In this document: one piece after another, positions 48,370 through 56,228 of the stretch | How positions within the stretch are numbered: the first letter of the stretch is position 1 | How the letters are laid out: each line of letters begins with the position of its first letter | From: Deltaproteobacteria bacterium | GTDB taxonomy: Bacteria; Desulfobacterota; Dissulfuribacteria; Dissulfuribacterales; QOAL01 | Direction of reading: 5' to 3' | DNA length: 64,000 nt | Assembly (NCBI GenBank): GCA_015493475.1 | Contig: WGDC01000001.1 | Span: 12,968 to 76,967, forward strand | Translations under genes and position numbers: made by a program | Notes under the pieces: model-generated | Seen by the model: the letters and a program-made list of their open reading frames with translations, nothing else | The model's database searches: none | What the model was told of the DNA's origin: nothing

Positions 48370-48572
48370 TGGCATTTGAAAACACCCTGGGGCCTTCTTA
48401 TTTGTTATGGTATATCGTAAGCATAGTGAAAAGGTTCAGCCAGACTGGTACCATTGTTTCAGTTACATGCCAGGCCTTATTAATAGAAACCAGCGGACTG
48501 GGTACTAAATGCCCATAGGGAGGCTGACGAAAAAAAGATACCAGGGAGTATAAAAAACTCGAACACAAGATA

Positions 48573-48890
48573 TTGTCCTATGCAAAAAAGATGGGCATGG
48601 AGAAGTACGTGGACTTCGAGCCTAAATATGACATGTATTTCCATTCAAGGTTTTTTGAGGACACCAGACGGGCACAGGAGTTCATTGACGAATTTGAAAA
48701 CGACTGTTTCTGGGAAGAGCTTATCAATAGACTTGCTGAAAGGGACTTTCTTGAATCCTTTTCAGAAAAGGAAATAAAGGAGATGGATCCATATACACGC
48801 CTTGAAAGGCTTCTTGAACTTTCCGAAAAGTACTCAGATGAATTTGAGAAAAACGGGCTGAAGAATATCTTAGTCAAAAAGGCCAGCTAG
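48573..48890 (+). CDS. hypothetical acidic protein (no recognised family)
   Basis: ORF only. AT-richer than its neighbours. Possible ATG starts at 48591 or 48597. No motif recognised. Confidence 0.35.
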   Translation: MSYAKKMGMEKYVDFEPKYDMYFHSRFFEDTRRAQEFIDEFENDCFWEELINRLAERDFLESFSEKEIKEMDPYTRLERLLELSEKYSDEFEKNGLKNILVKKAS

Positions 48891-48937
48891 TCTGTCATAC
48901 CAGTAACCCCCTCTGTGCCTGCCCAGGATTGTCGGCC

Positions 48938-49756
48938 TTAGACACTATCTTTATTCCTTCTAAGATGCCTTTTCATCATCCAGGTGGCCTTTTTCTCTAT
49001 ATCCCTGAAGAGCCTTCTGTCCTTCCTGATGTCAAAGCCGATTTCACCGCAGTAGCTGTCCAAAAGGTGGACAATCTCCTCCTCAGAAAGGACCAGCCTT
49101 GATGAAAAAAGAAGCTGGGCAATGTCCTTCATGGCCCAGCGCCTTCTCAGGTTTTTCTGGATGACAACCCTTTGAAGATCAATGAGAAATGGCACCATGT
49201 CTGGAAGTTTCACGAAAAAGTGAAGCAGGTAGAGGTCCTGGTGGGCAAATCCCTTCTTGTGCATCCTGGCAGCGTAGGCGCCTATCTTTTCTATAAGACT
49301 TAGCCGCTCGCTGGGAGAAAGCCTTGAGCCCTCATCCAGAAGCCTTGAGGCCCTTTCATAGTTCTTGAGCCCCAGGGTAACGCAAAAGGTGTTCCTGCCC
49401 GCCCTTCCTGCTGCCACCGGAATCAGGGTTGGAAGCATGTTTTTGTGGAAAAGGACCAGGGCCCTCCATTCGTGAAGGCCGTCATGATGCTCCCATTTAA
49501 GGGAAAAAAGCCCCTTGAGTCTGGAAGATAAGGAAAGCGGCCTGTATTTCTTGATGAAAAACTCAACACCTTCACCCTGCCCCCTTTTGAGGAAAAACCT
49601 GCCTGTCCTTCTTTCAGGAACTTCCGCCTTTACCGGCTCATCATCCATGTCCCAAAAGGAAAAGGGGCTTAAAAGGCCGTTTTCTTCAAGGATACCGAGA
49701 AAGTCCTCGTTGATTACAAGGCTTCCATCTTCCAGGAATTTCCCCCTGATTTTCAC
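48938..49756 (-). CDS. lipopolysaccharide kinase (Kdo/WaaP/InaA) family protein
   Basis: FFLKR...VEFFIKKY...MHKKGFAHQDLYLLHFF...IDLQR is the kinase catalytic-loop pattern of the LPS kinase family. Confidence 0.75.
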   Translation of the reverse strand: MKIRGKFLEDGSLVINEDFLGILEENGLLSPFSFWDMDDEPVKAEVPERRTGRFFLKRGQGEGVEFFIKKYRPLSLSSRLKGLFSLKWEHHDGLHEWRALVLFHKNMLPTLIPVAAGRAGRNTFCVTLGLKNYERASRLLDEGSRLSPSERLSLIEKIGAYAARMHKKGFAHQDLYLLHFFVKLPDMVPFLIDLQRVVIQKNLRRRWAMKDIAQLLFSSRLVLSEEEIVHLLDSYCGEIGFDIRKDRRLFRDIEKKATWMMKRHLRRNKDSV

Positions 49757-50590
49757 TTATCCCTCAGCCTTAATGGACTTTATCTTCTCCTCCACGAATT
49801 CTGAAAGATCGAGGGGTGCAGTCATTGGTCTGCCGCTTTGATCATAAAACCTTCCGTCCTTTAGGACGATCCTTCCGTCTGAAAATGCCTTGAGGGTCTC
49901 GACAATGAGAGGAAGCTCCCTGATCTCTCCCTCCTCTCTTATTTTCCTGAAAAGGGCAAGATCCTCTCCCAACTCCCCTTTAATGTATTCTATTGAATGT
50001 TTGGCCCTCAGTCTTTCAAACTCCGCCCAAGGCTTTTCCCATCCCCTTCCCTTTATGTTAAAGGCAAAAAAGGTGACAGCAGGCCCTTTGTCCAGCTCAG
50101 GCGTTACAAGGTGCATCATGGCCCCTGTCCGTTCCGCACCCTGCTCAAGAAGCTGCCAGATTACCTCCTGCCACGTACCGGCAGGCCCACCGGGAAGGGC
50201 AGGATGAAGGTTAATTGCCGAAATCTTTTGGCATATCTCAGGGCTCAGGACCCACATATAGCCGGCAAGTATTGCAAGGGGGCACCCAAAGGGCTCAATG
50301 CTTTTGTATAACTCCTCATGGTAACGGGTGCGCCATTTGGCCCTGTCACGTTTCCTTAATTCAGGCTCGAATTCAAGGGCGGAAAACCGTACCAGGGGTA
50401 TACATCTTTTTTCTGCGACTCTTGCGATCTCATCGCTGAAGGGGCCTTCACCTTCCCTTCTCGAAAGGAAGAGGTAGCAAAAACAGCCATTTATCTCCCC
50501 TTCCCTTACGGCCTCGAAAACCGTGTTAAACAGGTTTACCGCCGCCTCATCCCTGCCTGTTGTCCACCAACCGAAGCGAAAATCTTTCAT
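49757..50590 (-). CDS. formyltransferase-fold (PurN-like) family protein
   Basis: ILAGYMWVLSPEICQKISAINLHPALPGGPAG resembles the formyl_trans_N HxSLLP region. Its stop directly abuts the LPS-kinase start codon. Confidence 0.55.
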   Translation of the reverse strand: MKDFRFGWWTTGRDEAAVNLFNTVFEAVREGEINGCFCYLFLSRREGEGPFSDEIARVAEKRCIPLVRFSALEFEPELRKRDRAKWRTRYHEELYKSIEPFGCPLAILAGYMWVLSPEICQKISAINLHPALPGGPAGTWQEVIWQLLEQGAERTGAMMHLVTPELDKGPAVTFFAFNIKGRGWEKPWAEFERLRAKHSIEYIKGELGEDLALFRKIREEGEIRELPLIVETLKAFSDGRIVLKDGRFYDQSGRPMTAPLDLSEFVEEKIKSIKAEG

Positions 50591-50810
50591 GGTTCACCCC
50601 TACACCAAAAGTATGTCTAAAAAAACAACCTCAAATTAAAGGAACTAACCTGCCCTGTGATGCAAAACAATAGCAGCCCTACAAACCAGAGGCAAAAGAT
50701 TCCTCTTTCAATGGATAACAGGTGATAAAAAAATTTGAACCTTTTTCACCCCACTGGGTACCAATAACAAAAAGGACTTGAAACAAAAAAAGAAAGGAGG
50801 AGAAAGAATT

Positions 50811-51707
50811 ATGAGAAACAAAAAGTCTTCGGTCATTATTTTAACCATCCTTTTCCTGATAGTGACCGTTACCTGTGCGGCATACGCGGGGAAAAAGGAA
50901 ATGAACATTAAACCACCCAAAACCACCTTTGACAGAAACATCCAAAACATGGTTAGGCCCCCCAGGCCAGACCTCATTGTGACAGACATTAAGGCCAAGG
51001 ACGATCCTAAGGGCTGTTTTTTGCAGGTCACCTTGAAAAACAATGGACCAGGTAAAATCCCTGAGACCTACTACCATAAACCGCCAAGGGTGGCCATCCA
51101 GATGTATAATGGCAATAATCCCTGGGGAGGAATAGTCCTTTTTGGTTTTGACCCTTATAAGAAAGTACAAAATCCCGGTGGGATGGCAACTTGGGACTGG
51201 TTTCCCGGAGCCCAGAACCTGAGACTGCATCCAGGCTATTACACCATCAAGGTGGTGGCAGATAGTAACCACGAACTTGCAGAGGCGAATGAAAACAATA
51301 ATTCCCTGGCGAGAAAGGTCTCATGCGGTTGCAATGTCAGGCTACCAAAACCAGTGATAAGATATAGCAATAGGGACTCCAAGGGCAGGGTCTATATTCC
51401 TGTTGTAAACTGGGCAAGCTTCCCAAATGAACTCTTTCAGCCTGCTCCATATCTGCCGCCTTGTGGACTGAACAAGAACTCCTCAAGGACCTGGGTGAAC
51501 ATCTATGATGCGCAGACCAACCAGCGGCTTTATGGTTTCTGTGCCCTAGGCCATAGCAAGAATCTACAGGGTATTTGGTTCATGCCCCCTTCCAACGCCA
51601 AAGTAAAGGCCGTTTACGTCGAGATTAAAGACAGGGCCTGCGGCCGTAGTCAACGCTCAAACGTGGTAAATATATCCAAGTCCATGGGCATGGTAAAAAT
51701 ACGCTAA
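50811..51707 (+). CDS. secreted protein with CARDB-like domain
   Basis: AGGAGG RBS then ATG at 50811, followed by a signal peptide. PDLIVTDIKA...VTLKNNGPGKIP...GYYTIKVVADSNHELAEANENNNSL is the CARDB pattern. The C-terminal half is Cys-containing and unassigned. Confidence 0.6.
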   Translation: MRNKKSSVIILTILFLIVTVTCAAYAGKKEMNIKPPKTTFDRNIQNMVRPPRPDLIVTDIKAKDDPKGCFLQVTLKNNGPGKIPETYYHKPPRVAIQMYNGNNPWGGIVLFGFDPYKKVQNPGGMATWDWFPGAQNLRLHPGYYTIKVVADSNHELAEANENNNSLARKVSCGCNVRLPKPVIRYSNRDSKGRVYIPVVNWASFPNELFQPAPYLPPCGLNKNSSRTWVNIYDAQTNQRLYGFCALGHSKNLQGIWFMPPSNAKVKAVYVEIKDRACGRSQRSNVVNISKSMGMVKIR

Positions 51708-51718
51708 TCCTAAAGTAA

Positions 51719-51763
51719 GTGCCGAGCCTGCCACTCTAAGCCAGTCAGGATCGGCACTTTTTT
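51719..51763 (+). terminator. Rho-independent terminator after the CARDB gene
   Basis: GTGCCGA (51719-51725) pairs with TCGGCAC (51751-51757), followed by TTTTTT (51758-51763). Confidence 0.7.
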
Positions 51764-51813
51764 GTAAAATTTGAAACATCCTCCCTTCCCACACTCTGCT
51801 TGTGAATAATTTA

Positions 51814-51842
51814 TTGACAAAACCAACCTGCTCCATTAAAAA
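51814..51842 (+). promoter_or_regulatory. candidate sigma70-type promoter of the cytochrome c3 gene
   Basis: TTGACA (51814-51819), 17 nt spacer, TAAAAA (51837-51842), about 55 nt upstream of the ATG at 51897. Confidence 0.35.
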
Positions 51843-51896
51843 CAGAATCTGTACATGAATCATTATTCACAAAATAGAAGAAAGGAGGAGCGAGAA

Positions 51897-52265
51897 ATGC
51901 ACACCACCAAGGTGTTGTCAGTACTGTTTGCGCTGCTTTTCGGCTTGGCTGTAGCTGGTCTCGCAGCGGCAGGGGAGGGTCCGGAGGTTATAACGCTAAA
52001 GGCCAAGAAGGGAGACATCACTTTCCCGCATCACAAGCACCAAAAGATTACAAAGTGCGGTGAATGTCACCATGGACCAAACCATTCCCCATACAAGCCA
52101 GGTATGAAGATCCAGACCTGCGACAAGTGCCACAACAAGGACTTCCCCAACAAGAAGCTTAACAGCGTTATGAAGGCCCTGCACAAAAATTGCCGCGGCT
52201 GCCACAAAAAGCACAAGGCAGAGGGTGCACCAACAAAGTGCAGCGGCTGCCACAAAAAGAAATAA
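51897..52265 (+). CDS. periplasmic tetrahaem cytochrome c3-family protein
   Basis: AGGAGG RBS and a signal peptide. Four CxxCH (CGECH, CDKCH, CRGCH, CSGCH). ITFPHHKH distal-His motif. Lys-rich, 122 aa. Confidence 0.9.
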   Translation: MHTTKVLSVLFALLFGLAVAGLAAAGEGPEVITLKAKKGDITFPHHKHQKITKCGECHHGPNHSPYKPGMKIQTCDKCHNKDFPNKKLNSVMKALHKNCRGCHKKHKAEGAPTKCSGCHKKK

Positions 52266-52748
52266 CAAGGCAAAAAAACACAAGGAGGCAGGGCGTGCGC
52301 TCTCAAGGCAGGCCAGTTCCCCTATTTGCTTGGAACAAATTACTTTCAGAATCCTGATGCTGATCCCGCTCAAAATACCAGCCTTGGCATATTCCGTCTT
52401 TCAACAACAGCCCTTCTCCTTTTACGGGAAGAAAACACACAATCCAAACACAAGGAGTACTTGCAGCCACGGGAGAGGAGACTGGCCATCTGCGGGACAT
52501 GAAGTAAAAAAGGTTACTCACTTTTCTGTTGCAATTTATTCGTCTTTGTATTATGTAGGGACCTCAAATTTTGATCCGTAGCATATTTTCCCGGCCCATG
52601 CTGTCACCGCGGTGCTGACAGAGGAGGGTTCAATGTTCATTTAAGCCCGGAATGGCTCACCTGACGAGTTAAAACCGGGCGAGGGATGATAGTACGCTTT
52701 TTTCTTCTTTATGTCACAAACTACGAAAAAACAGGGAGAGCATGTTTC

Positions 52749-53459
52749 ATGAAGGTCACTAAAATGGTGTTCTTGGTCCTGGGTATGGTGGCGTCAGCCG
52801 CTCTTTTGGCTAATGGTATCGGACAGGCAAAATCCGAACAGGCAGCGGAGGCATCTCGGAAATGTGTAATCCGCAAGCAGCCGCCGAAGGAGGTCATTTG
52901 GGACAAGCCAAACAAGGCCGTTTTTAATCATGCCTACCATGTAGATGAGGTGGGCCTTGAATGCACCGACTGTCATAACCGCCTCTTTACCAAAAAAATA
53001 GGAGCCGCCTTAGGCAGAAAGGACTTCAACATGGACTCTTTCGCTAAGGGGAAATACTGCGGAGCGTGCCATAACGGCGAGGAGGCATTTAATGCCCAAA
53101 CCGAGTGCGATGCCTGCCACTTCGCGCCCAAAACGAGAATTGTGTTCACCAAACCGGTCAAGGCCGTGGTCTTTGAACACAAGATCCACGTGGGCAAGGC
53201 CAAGATAAAGTGCGAGACCTGCCATAAGAAGGTCTTTATCATGAGAAAAGCTGTCTTTGCCCACCTTAAGCCCGTGGAAACCGGAAGCATAGAGCTGAAG
53301 GACAGATACCTTGAAAAGCTGCACAAGAGGTTTTGTGGAACGTGCCATGACTCCCACAGGGCCTTTGGTTTTGCCACAAGGTGTACTGTCTGTCATATCG
53401 GGGTCAAGGGGTACACGCTTCTCAACAAGGAGGGCAAGCTCCCGGAAGACCATCAATAG
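52749..53459 (+). CDS. hexahaem cytochrome c built from two trihaem (c7-type-like) modules
   Basis: Signal/anchor MVFLVLGMVASAALLA. Two repeated blocks: VFNHAYHV..CTDCH..CGACH..CDACH and VFEHKIHV..CETCH..CGTCH..CTVCH. Confidence 0.85.
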   Translation: MKVTKMVFLVLGMVASAALLANGIGQAKSEQAAEASRKCVIRKQPPKEVIWDKPNKAVFNHAYHVDEVGLECTDCHNRLFTKKIGAALGRKDFNMDSFAKGKYCGACHNGEEAFNAQTECDACHFAPKTRIVFTKPVKAVVFEHKIHVGKAKIKCETCHKKVFIMRKAVFAHLKPVETGSIELKDRYLEKLHKRFCGTCHDSHRAFGFATRCTVCHIGVKGYTLLNKEGKLPEDHQ

Positions 53460-53543
53460 TTAAGAGCGAGAAGCCGGTTCTCAGCCATAAGGTAAGGAAA
53501 TGATTCCATAACACTAACATAAGTAACGGGAGAGGAAATACCT

Positions 53544-54851
53544 ATGAGCGAAGTGGAAATAAGCATTTCGGAAAAATGGGGTTACAACGGCCTTGCGGCC
53601 ATAAAAGAAGCCAGCACGGCCTACAAGATGGCCATGGGGTTTTTCGCGCTGCTGTTCTTGGTAGGCCTAGCCTTCGGCCTTCACGGGTTTTTCGTTGGCT
53701 ACAGGCATGTTTACGGGGTTACGCGGGAGATAGCGTGGGGACTCCTCATCTCCACATACATCTTTTGTGTCGTTACCTCCACGGGTCTTTGCATAGTGTC
53801 ATCGTTTGGCCACGTCTTTGGCAACGTGGCATTCATGCCCATTGCAAAAAGGGCGGTATTCATGTCCATAGTGTTTCTTGTCGGGGGATTCTGCATCATA
53901 TTCTTTGACCTGGAAAACCCCTTCAGACTGTTTATATGGAACGTGGTTTCACCGAACCTGCGCTCTAACATGTGGTGGATGGGAACCCTGTACGGTGCCT
54001 ACATGGTATTCATGATGCTGGAGTACTACTGCCTGCTCAACCAGAACCACTCGGTATCGAGAATAATGGGCTTCTTGGGCCTCGCCGTTGGTATAGCGGC
54101 GCACAGCAACCTCGGGGGCATCTTTGGCATGCTGCACGGCAGGCCATTCTGGTATGGTCCCTACCTTCCCATCTATTTCATATTTTCCGCTGCAATGTCA
54201 GGAGGCTGCGCCATTCTCTTCTTCACCACCCTCGGGGCAAGATTCAACCCGGAAGTAATGAACGAAACCATGCAGCGGGCGGTAAAGGCCATCACCCTTC
54301 TCACCATCTACTTTATTGTGGTTATCATGTTTTTCACCCTTTGGAAGATTATCACTGGACTCGTGTCAGAGGGAAAGGCACCGGTCATCGAATCCTTTCT
54401 CTATGGCAAATACGCGGTCAACTTCTGGTTCTTCGAGGTCTTTCTCGGGATGATCCTGCCCCTTGCCCTCTTAATCATTTCAAAGGGCAGGAAATACAAC
54501 CTAATAATGTGGGTTACCGGCATCCAGATGATAGGAATCTTCTTCATGCGCTATGACATCGTGATACCTGGCCAGATGGTTCCTGTATACCACTCCCTCG
54601 GGGTAGTGGAGGCCTCCCATCTGCTGAGTTATACGCCGTCGTGGCACGAGATAATGATATCCATCTACGGGGTATCCTTTGTGGCCTTGTTATACCTGGC
54701 CGGAGAAAGGTTGTTTAACAGCCACCAGCTCCAAAAACACGAAATCGTTCCAGAAGGGGCGTACGTGTGCCCAGGTTGTGGCGCTATCCACTATATGAAG
54801 GAGGGCGAGACGATAGAAGAGGCCATGAAACGTCACCACGGCGGTTGGTAA
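53544..54851 (+). CDS. NrfD/PsrC/DsrP-family polytopic quinone-interacting membrane subunit
   Basis: 435 aa, about 10 TM. Its position between the cytochrome c and FeS subunits supports the call. It has a C-terminal soluble tail with CPGCG. Confidence 0.8.
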   Translation: MSEVEISISEKWGYNGLAAIKEASTAYKMAMGFFALLFLVGLAFGLHGFFVGYRHVYGVTREIAWGLLISTYIFCVVTSTGLCIVSSFGHVFGNVAFMPIAKRAVFMSIVFLVGGFCIIFFDLENPFRLFIWNVVSPNLRSNMWWMGTLYGAYMVFMMLEYYCLLNQNHSVSRIMGFLGLAVGIAAHSNLGGIFGMLHGRPFWYGPYLPIYFIFSAAMSGGCAILFFTTLGARFNPEVMNETMQRAVKAITLLTIYFIVVIMFFTLWKIITGLVSEGKAPVIESFLYGKYAVNFWFFEVFLGMILPLALLIISKGRKYNLIMWVTGIQMIGIFFMRYDIVIPGQMVPVYHSLGVVEASHLLSYTPSWHEIMISIYGVSFVALLYLAGERLFNSHQLQKHEIVPEGAYVCPGCGAIHYMKEGETIEEAMKRHHGGW

Positions 54852-54922
54852 GAACTTGGCGCCTATTGACACAGACAAATCATGTTAGAGGATACCTTTG
54901 AACTTTCAGGAGGCATTTGGAT

Positions 54923-55744
54923 ATGCGGATTCACGGAATAAAATTCGATGATACGAAAAACGAGGGCACGGGATCGGTTACCAAGATGGAAAGGAGAAAA
55001 TTCCTTAAAATGGGCTTTGCCATAGCAGGCGTCTTTGCTGGAGGCAAAATACTTGGCCTGACCTCCATCGTGGGCTCGGCAAGGGCCTCTGACGGCATCG
55101 AGGTGGAGGCCTACCCTTACAGCCCCCATTACAGCATGGTGGTGCGCCAGGCAATATGCATAGACTGCGAGCGTTGCGTGGATGCCTGCAAGAAGACCAA
55201 CCATGTACCGGATTACGGTTACAGGACGCGCATACTCACGAAAAAATACGAGGGCAAGTGGGACAAGGCCGTGGAGTTTATCCCGGTCCTGTGCAACCAT
55301 TGCAACAATCCCCCCTGCGTCAGGGGATGTCCCACAAAGGCCACCTACAAGGACCCCATAACAGGTATCGTACGAATGAACAGCAAGAAGTGCATTGGAT
55401 GCAAGACATGCATACTTGCCTGCCCCTATGACGCCAGGTACTTCTGTGAAGAAAAGCGTGCGATAGACAAGTGTGATTTCTGCTGGGACGAGAGACTGTC
55501 AAAGGGAGAGAAGCTCACTGCCTGTGCCGCTGCCTGTCCCACAGGGGCAAGGACCTTCGGCAATATCGCGGACCCTGATGACATAGTGTACAAGCTAGTC
55601 CACCAGGCCGAGGAGGTGGTGTGGGTCCTGCGCCCGGAAGATAACACCAAGCCCAATGTATTCTACATGAAGGGGACCATCGGATCGGTGGAAAGGATAC
55701 TCAAGGGTACCAAGTACCGATACTTTGACCCCACCAAGATCTGA
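54923..55744 (+). CDS. Tat-exported 4x[4Fe-4S] ferredoxin subunit (NrfC/DsrO/HybA/PsrB-like)
   Basis: Twin-arginine signal ERRKFLKMGFAIAGVFAG. Four Cys clusters (CIDCERCVDAC, CNHCNNPPCVRGCP, CIGCKTCILACP, CDFC...CAAACP). Alternative start at 54986. Confidence 0.9.
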   Translation: MRIHGIKFDDTKNEGTGSVTKMERRKFLKMGFAIAGVFAGGKILGLTSIVGSARASDGIEVEAYPYSPHYSMVVRQAICIDCERCVDACKKTNHVPDYGYRTRILTKKYEGKWDKAVEFIPVLCNHCNNPPCVRGCPTKATYKDPITGIVRMNSKKCIGCKTCILACPYDARYFCEEKRAIDKCDFCWDERLSKGEKLTACAAACPTGARTFGNIADPDDIVYKLVHQAEEVVWVLRPEDNTKPNVFYMKGTIGSVERILKGTKYRYFDPTKI

Positions 55745-55771
55745 TATCCCCTCATAAAACGTCCCCTCTTT

Positions 55772-55815
55772 AAGAAAGGCAATTGGCAGCGAGAAAAGGT
55801 CCGGTTGCCTTTCTT
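55772..55815 (+). terminator. hairpin downstream of the FeS-subunit gene (possible terminator)
   Basis: AAGAAAGGCAA (55772-55782) is the perfect reverse complement of TTGCCTTTCTT (55805-55815). The loop is 22 nt and there is no clean T-run. Confidence 0.4.
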
Positions 55816-56123
55816 GCCTCGCCTTCCGTATGGCAAACAGCCCGCCGTAAGCCCGCCCCCTGTCTGCCACTGTTTTCTGATAGAACCAGGAATTACCTTT
55901 GCGCCACCGGCTCAAGAGAGCTATTCTCCATATAGAAATCCAGCAGTGTCCCTGTACAGGGGACTTACGGTAGGTTTTGCGGGGAAGGGCTGGCTATGCC
56001 CGTTCCGCTATTTATGACAATGAGCTTGAACAAAAAAGATATTCTCCTAACAATACGTATTCAATGTCTTTGTTCACTATTTGTTTTTTTGCAAAATATT
56101 ATATTAATAGTGAAAAATTTCCC

Positions 56124-56152
56124 TTGACATATTTGCGCTAATTCGTTATCAA
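56124..56152 (+). promoter_or_regulatory. candidate sigma70-type promoter of the 19-haem cytochrome operon
   Basis: TTGACA (56124-56129), 17 nt spacer, TATCAA (56147-56152), within a markedly AT-rich stretch (56040-56200). Confidence 0.4.
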
Positions 56153-56228
56153 ATTCACAATGAATTATCATTCATTTTTCACCATGACCTAACTTCTTGC
56201 TTAAACTGCCGGGTGGGAGGAGGCCATA

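Noticed and set aside
52225-52581. 118-aa plus-strand ORF in the c3/hexahaem gap
   Set aside because: It starts inside the c3 coding region in another frame, has no RBS and no motif, and its composition looks non-coding. The gap is reported as a finding instead.
55595-56017. Two ORFs (55805-56017 plus strand, 55595-55915 minus strand) in the 484-nt intergenic region upstream of the 19-haem operon
   Set aside because: They have no RBS or motif. One runs into the FeS gene antisense. The region is better explained as terminator hairpin plus promoter/leader.
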